Shown here: positions 17,460-26,577 of the stretch, piece after piece | How the letters are laid out: the number at the start of each line of letters is the position of its first letter | Numbering within the stretch: position 1 is the stretch's first letter | Assembly: GCA_016784025.1 (NCBI GenBank) | Contig: JADHVL010000006.1 | Span: forward strand, 86,910 to 150,909 | DNA length: 64,000 nucleotides | Direction of reading: 5' to 3' | Source: Fidelibacterota bacterium | Lineage (GTDB): Bacteria > Fidelibacterota > UBA8477 > JABMPR01 | The notes under the pieces: model-generated | Databases searched by the model: none | What the model was told of the DNA's origin: nothing | The model's input: only the letters and a program-made list of their open reading frames with translations | Program-made: the position numbers and the translations under genes

Positions 17460-18398
17460 ATGAGTTTTACCGCGAGATTTATAAACATAGTACTGATCGC
17501 AACATTTCTTGCATCTTGTGCGAGTAATCAGCCCGCAATAGTAGAGGTAGCACCAGTTGAGACAGTTGAACCAGCACCTGAATATTTTCTCAATTCCAGT
17601 GAGTATAAACTCCTACTCAATGCAGAGATGTTTGGTGACTATGAGAAGGGCTTTGCTGAGTACTGGCAGTTTGTTCAGGAAGTAGCAGCTGCTGAGGGTA
17701 TACCCGTACTGATAAAAGAAGACCCTCTAAAACTTTCTCATAAACAGGTCTCCTTTTGGGATACAGAAGGTCTTGACCTCCGGAAGAACAGTTTTCTATT
17801 ACGCAGGAAATCAAAATATAAGGGGGGAGAAATAGCCCCGGGATATGAGTTTGGTCTGAAATTTCGCCAGCCTGACCCCACGACAACTCTGTCCAAGGAT
17901 CTGACAATGACAGAGGGTTATGTTCCCAAATTCGACCGCATTGAACTCGAATCTGACATTGTGTATTATTCTGCAAAGAATGGTGGCCAAGATCTCACAT
18001 ATGCTGTTTCGAACTCAGTTCAACTTGACGATATGCCCTCAAATACCTATGGCGGTTTTGTAAAAATCTATCCCGTTCTCGCCACACTTGGTATCTCTGA
18101 AGAAGCCGAGCTATCCATGGTTGCAGGCATTGCAGTCGATGAATGGATGGTCAAACCTGGTAAACTTGACTTTGGTGATGGTCTATACGGTCGTATGGAT
18201 ATGAGTGTCTGGATCGTTGAAACTGAAGCAGGGGAAATGCGAATTGCTGAATTCTCCTTCGATCATGATTTCCTCAACGACAGGCAATATGATGCTGAGG
18301 CAATGCAACGTTGTACAACTTTTATCAATAAGCTGAATGATTATAAACCAGAATGGTCAGAAGTTGGTAAGCTCAAGGCTGCCTATCTGTTTGAATAG
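17460..18398 (+). CDS. Exported lipoprotein with a CYTH-like domain (hypothetical)
   Basis: ATG 17460 gives MSFTARFINIVLIATFLASCAS (lipobox). The ORF-track start 17319 lies inside the preceding gene. VSFWDTEGLDLRKNSFLLRRK resembles the CYTH YFDTPD..L...G..LRIR strand pair. YEFGLKFR, RIELESD and IAEFSFD continue the alternating charged-strand pattern. Confidence 0.4.
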   Translation: MSFTARFINIVLIATFLASCASNQPAIVEVAPVETVEPAPEYFLNSSEYKLLLNAEMFGDYEKGFAEYWQFVQEVAAAEGIPVLIKEDPLKLSHKQVSFWDTEGLDLRKNSFLLRRKSKYKGGEIAPGYEFGLKFRQPDPTTTLSKDLTMTEGYVPKFDRIELESDIVYYSAKNGGQDLTYAVSNSVQLDDMPSNTYGGFVKIYPVLATLGISEEAELSMVAGIAVDEWMVKPGKLDFGDGLYGRMDMSVWIVETEAGEMRIAEFSFDHDFLNDRQYDAEAMQRCTTFINKLNDYKPEWSEVGKLKAAYLFE

Positions 18399-18433
18399 CC
18401 GGGTTGTGATTTAATAAACGAACTGATGAACCA

Positions 18434-19942
18434 ATGAATGCTCAAGAAATAAATTTCGATACGAATCTGAACGTTATTGCTCAGAGGGAATCCAGTCGGG
18501 GAGAGAATCTCACCAAATACATTGGTTTTCCATTGGGTATCATCTTCTTTTTGATTCTCTACCTCATGCCCACACCTGATGGCTTAACATTAGAAGCCCA
18601 GGCAGCCATAGCATCCTTTGCCCTGGCTTTAACCTGGTGGGTAACCGAACCCATCCCCACATATGCCACATCCCTGCTACTTATGGGCCTGCTAACCTTT
18701 TTTAATGGTTGGACTGAAGATAAGGTGTTGGGTGTATTCGGATTAGAGGTCATCTGGCTGAATATCCTGGCCTTTATCCTCAGCTCAACCCTGGTGAAAA
18801 GCCAATTGGCCAAACGCTTTGCCTTATGGATTGGTCTGCGTTTTGGACATAGTTCCTATACGATTCTTGGTGCGTTTATCGTTCTTCAACTTTTTCTGGC
18901 ACCTTTTATCCCTGCCACGACAGCCAGGACAGTAATGGTCCTTCCGGTAATGTTGGTGATCTCATCTATCTATGGGTCTACTTCAGGGAATGGAAATAAC
19001 TTTGGTGTAAACCTGTTTATGCAGAATCTACAGGGTATAAGTATTTTTTCATCAGGTTTTATCACAGGAAGCACCTGTAATATCGTCGCAGCTGCCTTCA
19101 TCTTTGAAATGGGCAATGAGAAGGTCTACTATTCTGATTGGATGTTCGGTATGCTGCCCATCACTATTATAGTTATGGCAATATCCTGGTGGCTGGGACC
19201 CAAATACCTGTTCCCCATCAAAAAAGAAGACCAGCAGCCCAAGGTTAAGGGTGGCTTTGAAGTGATGCGTAAAATGCTGGACGAAATGGGTGGGTTTACC
19301 CTGGCTGAAGGAAAATCAGCAGGCGTGTTCCTCTCTGTTCTCTTTCTCTGGGCCACCGATCGCTTTCATGTGGGTTGGTTTGGTTTTGAGATCAGTGCTG
19401 TTATGGCAGCCCTGCTCGGTGTTGTATTCGTCTTTTTGCCAAAAATCGGTCTGTTGAAGTGGAACGATGCAGATATTCCCTGGCATGTGATGATCTTTAG
19501 TGCTGGTGCATATTCCGGTGGACTGGCTTTATTTGATTCAGGAGCTGCACGCTGGCTAGTGGGCAGTGTTTTTGATATGGTCGGTCTGGGTGCAGATCTA
19601 AGCTTTTGGACGGTCTACATCATCATTATTGCCTTCTCAATGTATGCACATCTTTTCTTTACCAGTAAAACAATGCGATCCATTGTGATGATACCCATTA
19701 TTATCGCCATTGCACAGCAGTTCGGTTTTGATCCAGTATCTTTGGCACTGCCAGCGGCATTTACATTGACCTGGGTAATCACTTTACCAACCAATGCCAA
19801 GCCTAACCTGATCCTGTATAGCGCAGGACAATTCTCCATTTCTGACAACTTGAAATATGGACTCACCGTTTCAACCATAGGTGTAGTTGTCATGGTGATA
19901 GCAGGTTTTACCTGGTTCCGCTTTTTGGGGATAACGCCATGA
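18434..19942 (+). CDS. DASS/SLC13-family anion:sodium symporter
   Basis: 502 aa with about 12+ TM segments. TWWVTEPIP near the N-terminus and a second hairpin region (ITLPTNAKPNLI) are typical of DASS/ArsB-NhaD superfamily permeases. Confidence 0.7.
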   Translation: MNAQEINFDTNLNVIAQRESSRGENLTKYIGFPLGIIFFLILYLMPTPDGLTLEAQAAIASFALALTWWVTEPIPTYATSLLLMGLLTFFNGWTEDKVLGVFGLEVIWLNILAFILSSTLVKSQLAKRFALWIGLRFGHSSYTILGAFIVLQLFLAPFIPATTARTVMVLPVMLVISSIYGSTSGNGNNFGVNLFMQNLQGISIFSSGFITGSTCNIVAAAFIFEMGNEKVYYSDWMFGMLPITIIVMAISWWLGPKYLFPIKKEDQQPKVKGGFEVMRKMLDEMGGFTLAEGKSAGVFLSVLFLWATDRFHVGWFGFEISAVMAALLGVVFVFLPKIGLLKWNDADIPWHVMIFSAGAYSGGLALFDSGAARWLVGSVFDMVGLGADLSFWTVYIIIIAFSMYAHLFFTSKTMRSIVMIPIIIAIAQQFGFDPVSLALPAAFTLTWVITLPTNAKPNLILYSAGQFSISDNLKYGLTVSTIGVVVMVIAGFTWFRFLGITP

Positions 19943-20703
19943 AGTATATAAGTATGGTCAAAACACTATTCGGGCTCTCAATATTTTCCAGTTTACTGCT
20001 CGCTCAGCAGATTGATGTATTTGAGCAAACTGTATCTATTTCTGAAGACGGGTCTGCGCAGTTTACATACCAGGTGAATCTCTCAGTTATTGATAGTGTC
20101 AGGTCAGTTCAGATTCCTGCCGGATATGAGAATATGGAGATTACATCAGTCTCATTGGATGATGTTGATATCACGCACCAAACTGCAATTACCATTGACA
20201 GGTCATCGCCAATCTTTGTTATAAATTTTTCCAAGCCAATCTCGGGTGAGCATACCATCGGTATCATCACTGAGATCCACGAATTTCTGGATTGGAGTGC
20301 AGCTGGTCCTGAAGAGTTTAAGACCTACAACTGGGAGGTTCACTATACCAATACATTGCCTGCCTCCATTGGTCAATGTGATTTGACAGTAATTTTACCT
20401 CAGGGATGGAATTTCCATCGGATTACTGGCAGTGATCCAGAATTCAAAAAGAAACAACCCAAACCACCTTATATATTTGCCAAGGTCGGAGACAGAGCCA
20501 GCGTTTCAATATCCAGATCACCAATGGAATACATGCAAAGCGTAGGTATCGAATTTGCATTTAAAAACGAACAGAAACCCAATGTACTTATCTGGGTAGG
20601 GATTCTGTTAGGTATACTCTATCTCTATAACTTTAGACATCTTGTTCTCCGAAGAGATGCTGAATCAACAATTGATACAATTAATGACAAGGAGTCAAAA
20701 TGA
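19939..20703 (+). CDS. Hypothetical exported protein with a C-terminal TM anchor
   Basis: Signal-like N-terminus (LFGLSIFSSLLLAQQ). C-terminal helix VLIWVGILLGILYLY. Start and stop overlap the neighbouring genes (ATGA). Confidence 0.55.
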   Translation: MKYISMVKTLFGLSIFSSLLLAQQIDVFEQTVSISEDGSAQFTYQVNLSVIDSVRSVQIPAGYENMEITSVSLDDVDITHQTAITIDRSSPIFVINFSKPISGEHTIGIITEIHEFLDWSAAGPEEFKTYNWEVHYTNTLPASIGQCDLTVILPQGWNFHRITGSDPEFKKKQPKPPYIFAKVGDRASVSISRSPMEYMQSVGIEFAFKNEQKPNVLIWVGILLGILYLYNFRHLVLRRDAESTIDTINDKESK

Positions 20704-21875
20704 ATATCTTAAAAGTGCTCTTGAGTGGCCTAATACTATTGCCACTCTTCACGTTTGGACAGGGCATTACTGTGAGTACAGGAAGTGGACTAGATCTTGA
20801 ACTCAGTGGTGAAGTCGAATTAGAGTTTATTGATGTAGAGGGAGCTGGTGGATTTGCTAACCAGGATTTAACCTATCAGAAGGTCAGAAACCGCAGTCCC
20901 CACATGCGTATTGATATGGCTGTGCTGGGAGCTCGTGTCAATTACAGCGAAAATCTATCTTATAACATTGAGTTTCGCTTTGATGATGAGAGCGCCTATG
21001 TTGATAAACAATATGCTCGTTTGAACGTCCCCGGCATTAACACCCAATTTGAGATGGGAAAGAATCGCCCCTTTGTGTCCAGGAAAAGACAATCAGAAGG
21101 TTATCCACTTGTGGGAACTGCATTCTGGAAGGGTCGTGAGGCCCACATTAATGGAACTACTGAAATTATGCTGGGTGAGAAAGGAAAGCTCACTGGTGGG
21201 TTGTCATTCGCCATGAAACGGCCTCTGGGTACCGATGATGCTGCTGAAGACAAATCATTCAAAATGATGGTTTATGATGATTATGAGCCTAAAAATGGTC
21301 AAACCTTTGAATATGGTGTCAAAGCCGGAATAGATATAGCCGGCATTTCATTGCTAGGCTGGTACTTCATGGGTGAACTCATTGATGATTGGGACTGGAA
21401 AGCCAGCCTCAAACAATCACTTGCTCCTTATTCAAATATGGGTGATGAAACTGATGTAACCCATTATTGGATGGGTGGCAGAGCGGCATACAAAATTGCC
21501 GGATTGAATTTAGTTGGTGAATATATCCGAGCTCAGGACGGATTATTGACACGTGAGGGTGCCTATGGTGAAGCATCCTATTCAATGAAGGCACCCTCAT
21601 TTTTACATGCCAAGGGTCTTACGTTTCTGGGACGGCAAGGTTTTCTAAATTTGGTTTCAAAAGAGAACAGTGCCGGAGAAGAATTGACATGGGCTTATCT
21701 TAGTGAAGCCATGTCCTGGGATAGACAAATGACCACACTTTCCGCCATGTTGGAAATAAATGACAATTTGACTCTCAAATTCGAACATTACATTCTTGGC
21801 GAAACAACTGGGTCTGATATCGAGTCTAGTGTGGATGATGATCAGACCCTATTACAGATAAACTTCAGATTTTAA
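20700..21875 (+). CDS. Outer-membrane beta-barrel porin-like protein
   Basis: Signal peptide present. Alternating amphipathic strands throughout. The C-terminal LLQINFRF ends in aromatic F, as in OMP sorting signals. Confidence 0.6.
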   Translation: MNILKVLLSGLILLPLFTFGQGITVSTGSGLDLELSGEVELEFIDVEGAGGFANQDLTYQKVRNRSPHMRIDMAVLGARVNYSENLSYNIEFRFDDESAYVDKQYARLNVPGINTQFEMGKNRPFVSRKRQSEGYPLVGTAFWKGREAHINGTTEIMLGEKGKLTGGLSFAMKRPLGTDDAAEDKSFKMMVYDDYEPKNGQTFEYGVKAGIDIAGISLLGWYFMGELIDDWDWKASLKQSLAPYSNMGDETDVTHYWMGGRAAYKIAGLNLVGEYIRAQDGLLTREGAYGEASYSMKAPSFLHAKGLTFLGRQGFLNLVSKENSAGEELTWAYLSEAMSWDRQMTTLSAMLEINDNLTLKFEHYILGETTGSDIESSVDDDQTLLQINFRF

Positions 21876-21926
21876 TAGTAACCAACAAGAAGTGTTAACA
21901 AAAAGTCCTTATAAGGAGGAACAAAC

Positions 21927-23168
21927 ATGAAAAAAGTTACCGTATTACTTATGGTGCTAATGGCTGCCTTTTGGGGTTGCGAAGATGACGCGGTGGATGA
22001 AATTCCAACCTTTGATTCTTTTAACCTTGAAACAGTTATGACTGTTGCGACGGCAACAGATGCTAACCCTGAGATTATTCGAATGGTACCTGGATCAGAG
22101 GATCAGGCCGTATTCGTCGCCTCGGGAACAAACCAGCTCTTCAGTATAGATTACACAACAAGTTCATTTGCTGTCAACGAGCTTGCAGTGCTGGAGACCG
22201 GTTCTTCAACTGCTGAGTTCACATCTATCGATGTTTCACCTGTTATGGGTGGCGAAAATTACATCGCTGTTTGTGTAGCCGAGGCAGATTGTGGCCAAGG
22301 GTCCATTAAGTTTGTAAAACTTTCTGACCCAACCAGTGTTGTTACTGTTGCTGGAATCGGATACAATCCTGATGGTTGTGCATTTACAAAAGACGGTAGT
22401 TATCTCATCGTTGCTTGTGAAGATGATCGCGAGGACCGTACCTGTAAACCAGATACTCGTCATGGTGGTAGTGTATCCATCATCGATCTTCGCAATGGTA
22501 TTGCAGCCGCATCTTTGATTCAGGATTACAAAGTCGATCATGACGTTGATTCTGAGCCAGAGCACTGTGAAACTTCAGCTGATGGAACCGTTGTTGTTTC
22601 CGTTCAGGAAACCAGCCAGATTTTGGTCTTCAACGCCAATGATGCGCCTCTTGATGCCTCTGATGTAACTATTGTAGACCTGCAAGCAGACGCTGGTGAC
22701 AATGAAGCTGAACCAGATGGACTTTATATCTATCCAAGTGGTGGTTTTGCGCTGATCTCAAATGAGAGAAATGGCTCCTTCCAGATCCTCGACCTTACCA
22801 CTTATACAGCAACTGATCCACATACGATCTTGAATGATCTGCCAGATGGATGGCAGCATGATGCTCGTAAATCAACCAAACAGACGGAGCCAGAAGAAGC
22901 TTCTGTGATTGAAAAAGATGGTCATGTCTATGCGCTTATGGCCCTTCAAGAATCACACGCTGTTGTGGCTTATGATGTTACAGATCCTGCGAACATCATT
23001 TTTGATTCATATGCAGCAGCTGGTCTCGATCCTGATTCTGATAACAGCATGGAAAAAAGTGAAGTCGGTTCAGAAGGCTTGGCTGTTCACCCGACAAACG
23101 GTGTAGCATTCAGTGCTAACGAGCGTGAAGGTAGTATTACTATGTTTACTGCAGAGTGGGCACGCTAA
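21927..23168 (+). CDS. Beta-propeller lipoprotein, choice-of-anchor-I-like (phosphatase/phytase-like fold)
   Basis: AAGGAGG RBS. Lipobox AFWGC. GYNPDGCAFTKDGSYLIVACEDD...GGSVSIIDL, SEPEHCETSADG..VSVQE, AEPDGLYIY and GSEGLAV resemble the repeated E-P-E/D-G blade motifs of that family. Confidence 0.45.
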   Translation: MKKVTVLLMVLMAAFWGCEDDAVDEIPTFDSFNLETVMTVATATDANPEIIRMVPGSEDQAVFVASGTNQLFSIDYTTSSFAVNELAVLETGSSTAEFTSIDVSPVMGGENYIAVCVAEADCGQGSIKFVKLSDPTSVVTVAGIGYNPDGCAFTKDGSYLIVACEDDREDRTCKPDTRHGGSVSIIDLRNGIAAASLIQDYKVDHDVDSEPEHCETSADGTVVVSVQETSQILVFNANDAPLDASDVTIVDLQADAGDNEAEPDGLYIYPSGGFALISNERNGSFQILDLTTYTATDPHTILNDLPDGWQHDARKSTKQTEPEEASVIEKDGHVYALMALQESHAVVAYDVTDPANIIFDSYAAAGLDPDSDNSMEKSEVGSEGLAVHPTNGVAFSANEREGSITMFTAEWAR

Positions 23169-23195
23169 TAATCGCTTAAACTGTCTTATGTTTGA

Positions 23196-23230
23196 AAAAC
23201 CAGCCTGGTTCTGCCAGGCTGGTTTGTTTA
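23196..23230 (+). terminator. Rho-independent terminator
   Basis: AAACCAGCCTGG (23197-23208), loop TTCTG, CCAGGCTGGTTT (23214-23225), then a T-rich tail. Confidence 0.75.
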
Positions 23231-23296
23231 ACGTACATCAATATTTTTCGAAATAATAATTGTCAGATGTCATCAATGTCTCAAGAGGGTATAAGC

Positions 23297-24532
23297 ATGC
23301 CAAAAGTGATCTCTTCTCGTCTTCTTATCCTGGTTATAAGTTTTGTAGTATTTGTGGCTTGTGCCTCCAAGGATGAGATATCAGTACCACCGAAAGGTAC
23401 CATCTCTCCACTCAACATTTATCCAAATCCTCAAAGTGGTTATGGTTCTGCCGCTGATCAGTTAGCCCAGCCTGATGATGTGGAATTATTGGAGAACGGA
23501 GATCTCATCGTTTCAGATGTTGACAATAATCGCATCCAAGTCTTTTCACTAAATGGAGACCTACTCAAAACGATTAATGCTGAAACTCTGGGGATGGAAA
23601 CTACGGAAATTGTGCCCACCGGTATCAGTAGCGATGAGGCGGGTTACATTTATGTAACTCTTGAGGGTCTTGGTTCGGTTGCCAGGTTCAATCCTGATAT
23701 GACATTGGATCAATTAATAGGGTATCAGGGAGAAGTTTTAGCAGATGAATACTACCTGGACGAAAATGATGGTCTCCTCATAAAACCCCAGGGGCTCATA
23801 GTTTCCCGCAGTGGTGACATTTATGTCGCTGATATGGATAAAACCATTTTCCGTAAAGATGGTGTTTATAATTTTGGGTTTAGAAAATTTAAGCAAGTTG
23901 TAACTGGAGATTTAACAAGTTACATATATGATAAAGATTTTGCTGCAACCCAGGAAGTAACCATAACAATGCGTAAAAGCGAAGGGATGGCTATCTCAGA
24001 GGAACGAGGATTACTTTTTGTAGCTGAGGAAAAGCCTGAGAAAAGTCAATTCGGGAATTCTGAGAAGTATCGATACATCGGAGTGTTTGATCTTAAGACA
24101 GGAAAATTTCAAAACCGCCTTATCGGTGTTGAAATGGTGGATGGCAAGATTACTTCAGGGTATTCAAAAGACTCAATTGAAGGCTTGAGTATTTTTGGTG
24201 ATTATCTCTTTGCTGTAGATGAAAAGGCCGGTCGAGTTGACTGTTATAACATTGATTCTGGAGAGAGAATCGCTCATTTCGGATCGCGAGCGCCATATTA
24301 TTGTGATGATGAATCAGATTGTGTTATCGATGGTGTGAATTATAATGAGCAAAACATTATGGCAGGCGGCGCACAAGTCCATCTGCTTAATGATTGGCAT
24401 AAAAATGAATTGGCCTCTCCCGATGGCATAAGCACTAAGACTTTGCTAACAGGAGAAAAAATTCTCGCCGTAGTAGATCAGTGGAATTCGCGAATTCTGA
24501 CTTACGATCTGGCTGATATCTTAGAAAAATAA
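23297..24532 (+). CDS. NHL-repeat beta-propeller lipoprotein
   Basis: ATG 23297 gives MPKVISSRLLILVISFVVFVACAS (lipobox). ORF-track start 23192 overlaps the terminator. NHL units present: DVDNNRIQVFSLNGDLL, VADMDKTIF, AVDEKAGRVDCYN, VVDQWNSRILTYDL. Confidence 0.75.
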   Translation: MPKVISSRLLILVISFVVFVACASKDEISVPPKGTISPLNIYPNPQSGYGSAADQLAQPDDVELLENGDLIVSDVDNNRIQVFSLNGDLLKTINAETLGMETTEIVPTGISSDEAGYIYVTLEGLGSVARFNPDMTLDQLIGYQGEVLADEYYLDENDGLLIKPQGLIVSRSGDIYVADMDKTIFRKDGVYNFGFRKFKQVVTGDLTSYIYDKDFAATQEVTITMRKSEGMAISEERGLLFVAEEKPEKSQFGNSEKYRYIGVFDLKTGKFQNRLIGVEMVDGKITSGYSKDSIEGLSIFGDYLFAVDEKAGRVDCYNIDSGERIAHFGSRAPYYCDDESDCVIDGVNYNEQNIMAGGAQVHLLNDWHKNELASPDGISTKTLLTGEKILAVVDQWNSRILTYDLADILEK

Positions 24533-24549
24533 AAAATAGGCTACCACTT

Positions 24550-25542
24550 TTGATTCGAAAATATTCTCTCCCTTTAATTCTACCAATTCTCCTTTCAGGG
24601 ATCTTTTTGAGCTGTGGCGGGTCTGAAGAAACACCGCTGGCAAAAATAATTACAGAACAATCCAGATATCTCAAGGGCTATCCCATAGAGTTTAGTGCAG
24701 ATTTAAAAGCTGGTGAAGATGCCAGTGACTACGAATTCACATTTGATTTTGGTGATAGCATATCAAGTACAGGGGCTGAAGTAGTCCACATATATGATTC
24801 ACCCGGGAGCTACACAATTACACTGACCATTACTGGAGAGACCGGCTCAGAAATAGATACGAGAGACATAAAGGTATTAAACTCCCTGGAACTGATAGCA
24901 ATCTATAGTGTCCGTGTGGATTCACCTTCTGGTTTAAGTTTTGGAAGCGATAAAAGCACGCTCTGGACTGTGAGTGACAAACCAGGTGGACGCATATTTG
25001 AAATCGACACATTGGGCAATCTGATGCGCTCATTGAACTACAGTGGCAATGATCTGGAAGGCGTTAGTTTTGACCCCAGAGACTCTACACTGTGGATGGT
25101 AGATGAGAATCTGGGTCAACTCATTCATCTTGAATCAGATGGTAGCGCTCTTGGGTTTCAGAACATTTCAGGTGTGAGTGATGGGGGAGGCCTGGAGGGG
25201 ATTACTCTGGATGTAATCCATTCCAAAATCTACATGGTAAAAGAAAGAGATTTTGGGGCATTGATTACTCTTGATGAATTATCCCTGACTCATTCTTTAC
25301 AACAAATTGCCTTTGCACCAGATTTCTCAAGTATTTGTTACATCCCCTCCCAGGACAAACTCTGGATTCTTAGTGACGAAGCCTCAAACGTTTATCGAGT
25401 AAACCTGGATGGCAGTTTTCTGGATGTCTATGCCATTGATATGGTTCAACCAGAGGGTCTGGTGTACGATGAGGAACATCAAGTATTCTATATCATAGAT
25501 GACACCACAGAGAAGCTCCATAAATACAAATTCTGGGACTGA
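24550..25542 (+). CDS. Lipoprotein with a PKD domain plus an SdiA-regulated/phytase-like beta-propeller domain
   Basis: TTG start. Lipobox FLSCGG. PKD signature FTFDFGDS...HIYDSPGSYTITLTI. Then SGLSFGSDKSTLWTVSD, NDLEGVSFDPRDSTLWMVDE, GLEGITLD and PEGLVYDE. Confidence 0.65.
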   Translation: MIRKYSLPLILPILLSGIFLSCGGSEETPLAKIITEQSRYLKGYPIEFSADLKAGEDASDYEFTFDFGDSISSTGAEVVHIYDSPGSYTITLTITGETGSEIDTRDIKVLNSLELIAIYSVRVDSPSGLSFGSDKSTLWTVSDKPGGRIFEIDTLGNLMRSLNYSGNDLEGVSFDPRDSTLWMVDENLGQLIHLESDGSALGFQNISGVSDGGGLEGITLDVIHSKIYMVKERDFGALITLDELSLTHSLQQIAFAPDFSSICYIPSQDKLWILSDEASNVYRVNLDGSFLDVYAIDMVQPEGLVYDEEHQVFYIIDDTTEKLHKYKFWD

Positions 25543-25547
25543 TCCAG

Positions 25548-25988
25548 TTGCAACAACCACCGATTATCATATCCGCATGTCTTATGGGCGAAACCTGTCG
25601 CTTCGATGGTCAGGGGAAGCATAATTCGGAATTACTTGACCTTCTAAAAGATAAGACGCTTCTTCCAGTTTGCCCAGAGGTTGAGGGTGGCTTGCCCATC
25701 CCTCGTCCACCGGCTGAAATAAAAGGAGCGGGGGTGTTTAGGGAAAACGGTGAGGATGTTTCCGAAGCATTTCAGAAAGGTGCATCTCGGTGTACTGCCA
25801 AAGCTGTTTCTGTGCATGTTGGTCAAGCCATTCTTAAAAGCCGCAGCCCGGCCTGTGGTTGTGGTAAGATCTATGACGGTTCCTTTTCAAAAACCTTGAT
25901 TGATGGTGATGGTGTTTTCACCCAACACTTGAAGGTTGCTGGAATCACTTGTATCTCAGACGAGGACTTCCTCTCAAACAATTCATAG
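25548..25988 (+). CDS. DUF523-family protein (2-thiouracil desulfurase-like)
   Basis: SACLMGETCRFDG, VCPEVEGGLPIPRPPAE and SPACG match the conserved Cys pattern of DUF523. Confidence 0.7.
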   Translation: MQQPPIIISACLMGETCRFDGQGKHNSELLDLLKDKTLLPVCPEVEGGLPIPRPPAEIKGAGVFRENGEDVSEAFQKGASRCTAKAVSVHVGQAILKSRSPACGCGKIYDGSFSKTLIDGDGVFTQHLKVAGITCISDEDFLSNNS

Positions 25989-25992
25989 AACT

Positions 25993-26042
25993 CCACCCTT
26001 CGAGAGCACTTCGACAAGCTCAGTGTGACACCTCAGGGTGAC
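25993..26042. repeat. Intergenic repeat fragment (CCACCCTTCGAGAGC ... CCTCAGGGTGAC)
   Basis: The reverse complement of 4805-4828 (CCATCCTTCGAGAGC|CTCAGGAAG) matches both ends of this element but lacks the internal 23 nt ACTTCGACAAGCTCAGTGTGACA. A CTAAC-rich tract follows at 26050-26075. Confidence 0.6.
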
Positions 26043-26176
26043 AGAACCCCTAACGCCTAACTTCCAACTTCTAACTCATTTTGTAACCAACATCCCTTCT
26101 CCGCCTCAAAGACCTGTGAGCAAAAGAAATTTGACAACGAAATATATTAAACACGATACTTGTGCAGGTATTATGA

Positions 26177-26557
26177 ATGGGAGAAAAAATGACTGAAAAT
26201 TTGACAAAACAAGATTTCCTTGATAAAGTTTTTGATTACGAAAAAGAGGAAGAATGGAAGTATAAAGGTGATACACCCTGTATTATCGATTTCTGGGCTG
26301 AATGGTGTGGACCTTGTAAAGCTGTAGCTCCAGTACTTGAAGAGCTATCAAACGAGTATGAAGGCAAAGTGAAAGTTTATAAAGTAGATACAGAAACCGA
26401 GCAGGAACTTGCTGGTGTCTTTGGTATCCGCAGTATTCCATCACTGCTGTTTGTCCCCGTGGGTGAAAAACCACAGATGGCCGCAGGCGCCCTTCCAAAA
26501 GAACAATTTGTTCAGGCATTCCAGGATGTTCTGGGAGTAGCACCCGTCACCGCTTAA
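26177..26557 (+). CDS. Thioredoxin
   Basis: WAEWCGPCK active site and a thioredoxin-fold length. The start may instead be ATG 26189. Confidence 0.85.
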   Translation: MGEKMTENLTKQDFLDKVFDYEKEEEWKYKGDTPCIIDFWAEWCGPCKAVAPVLEELSNEYEGKVKVYKVDTETEQELAGVFGIRSIPSLLFVPVGEKPQMAAGALPKEQFVQAFQDVLGVAPVTA

Positions 26558-26577
26558 GTTTTACATAGAAACCTCCT

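Noticed and set aside
23192-23296. Upstream extension of the NHL-repeat ORF
   Set aside because: It is translated across the rho-independent terminator hairpin (23196-23230). ATG 23297 gives a signal peptide with a lipobox.
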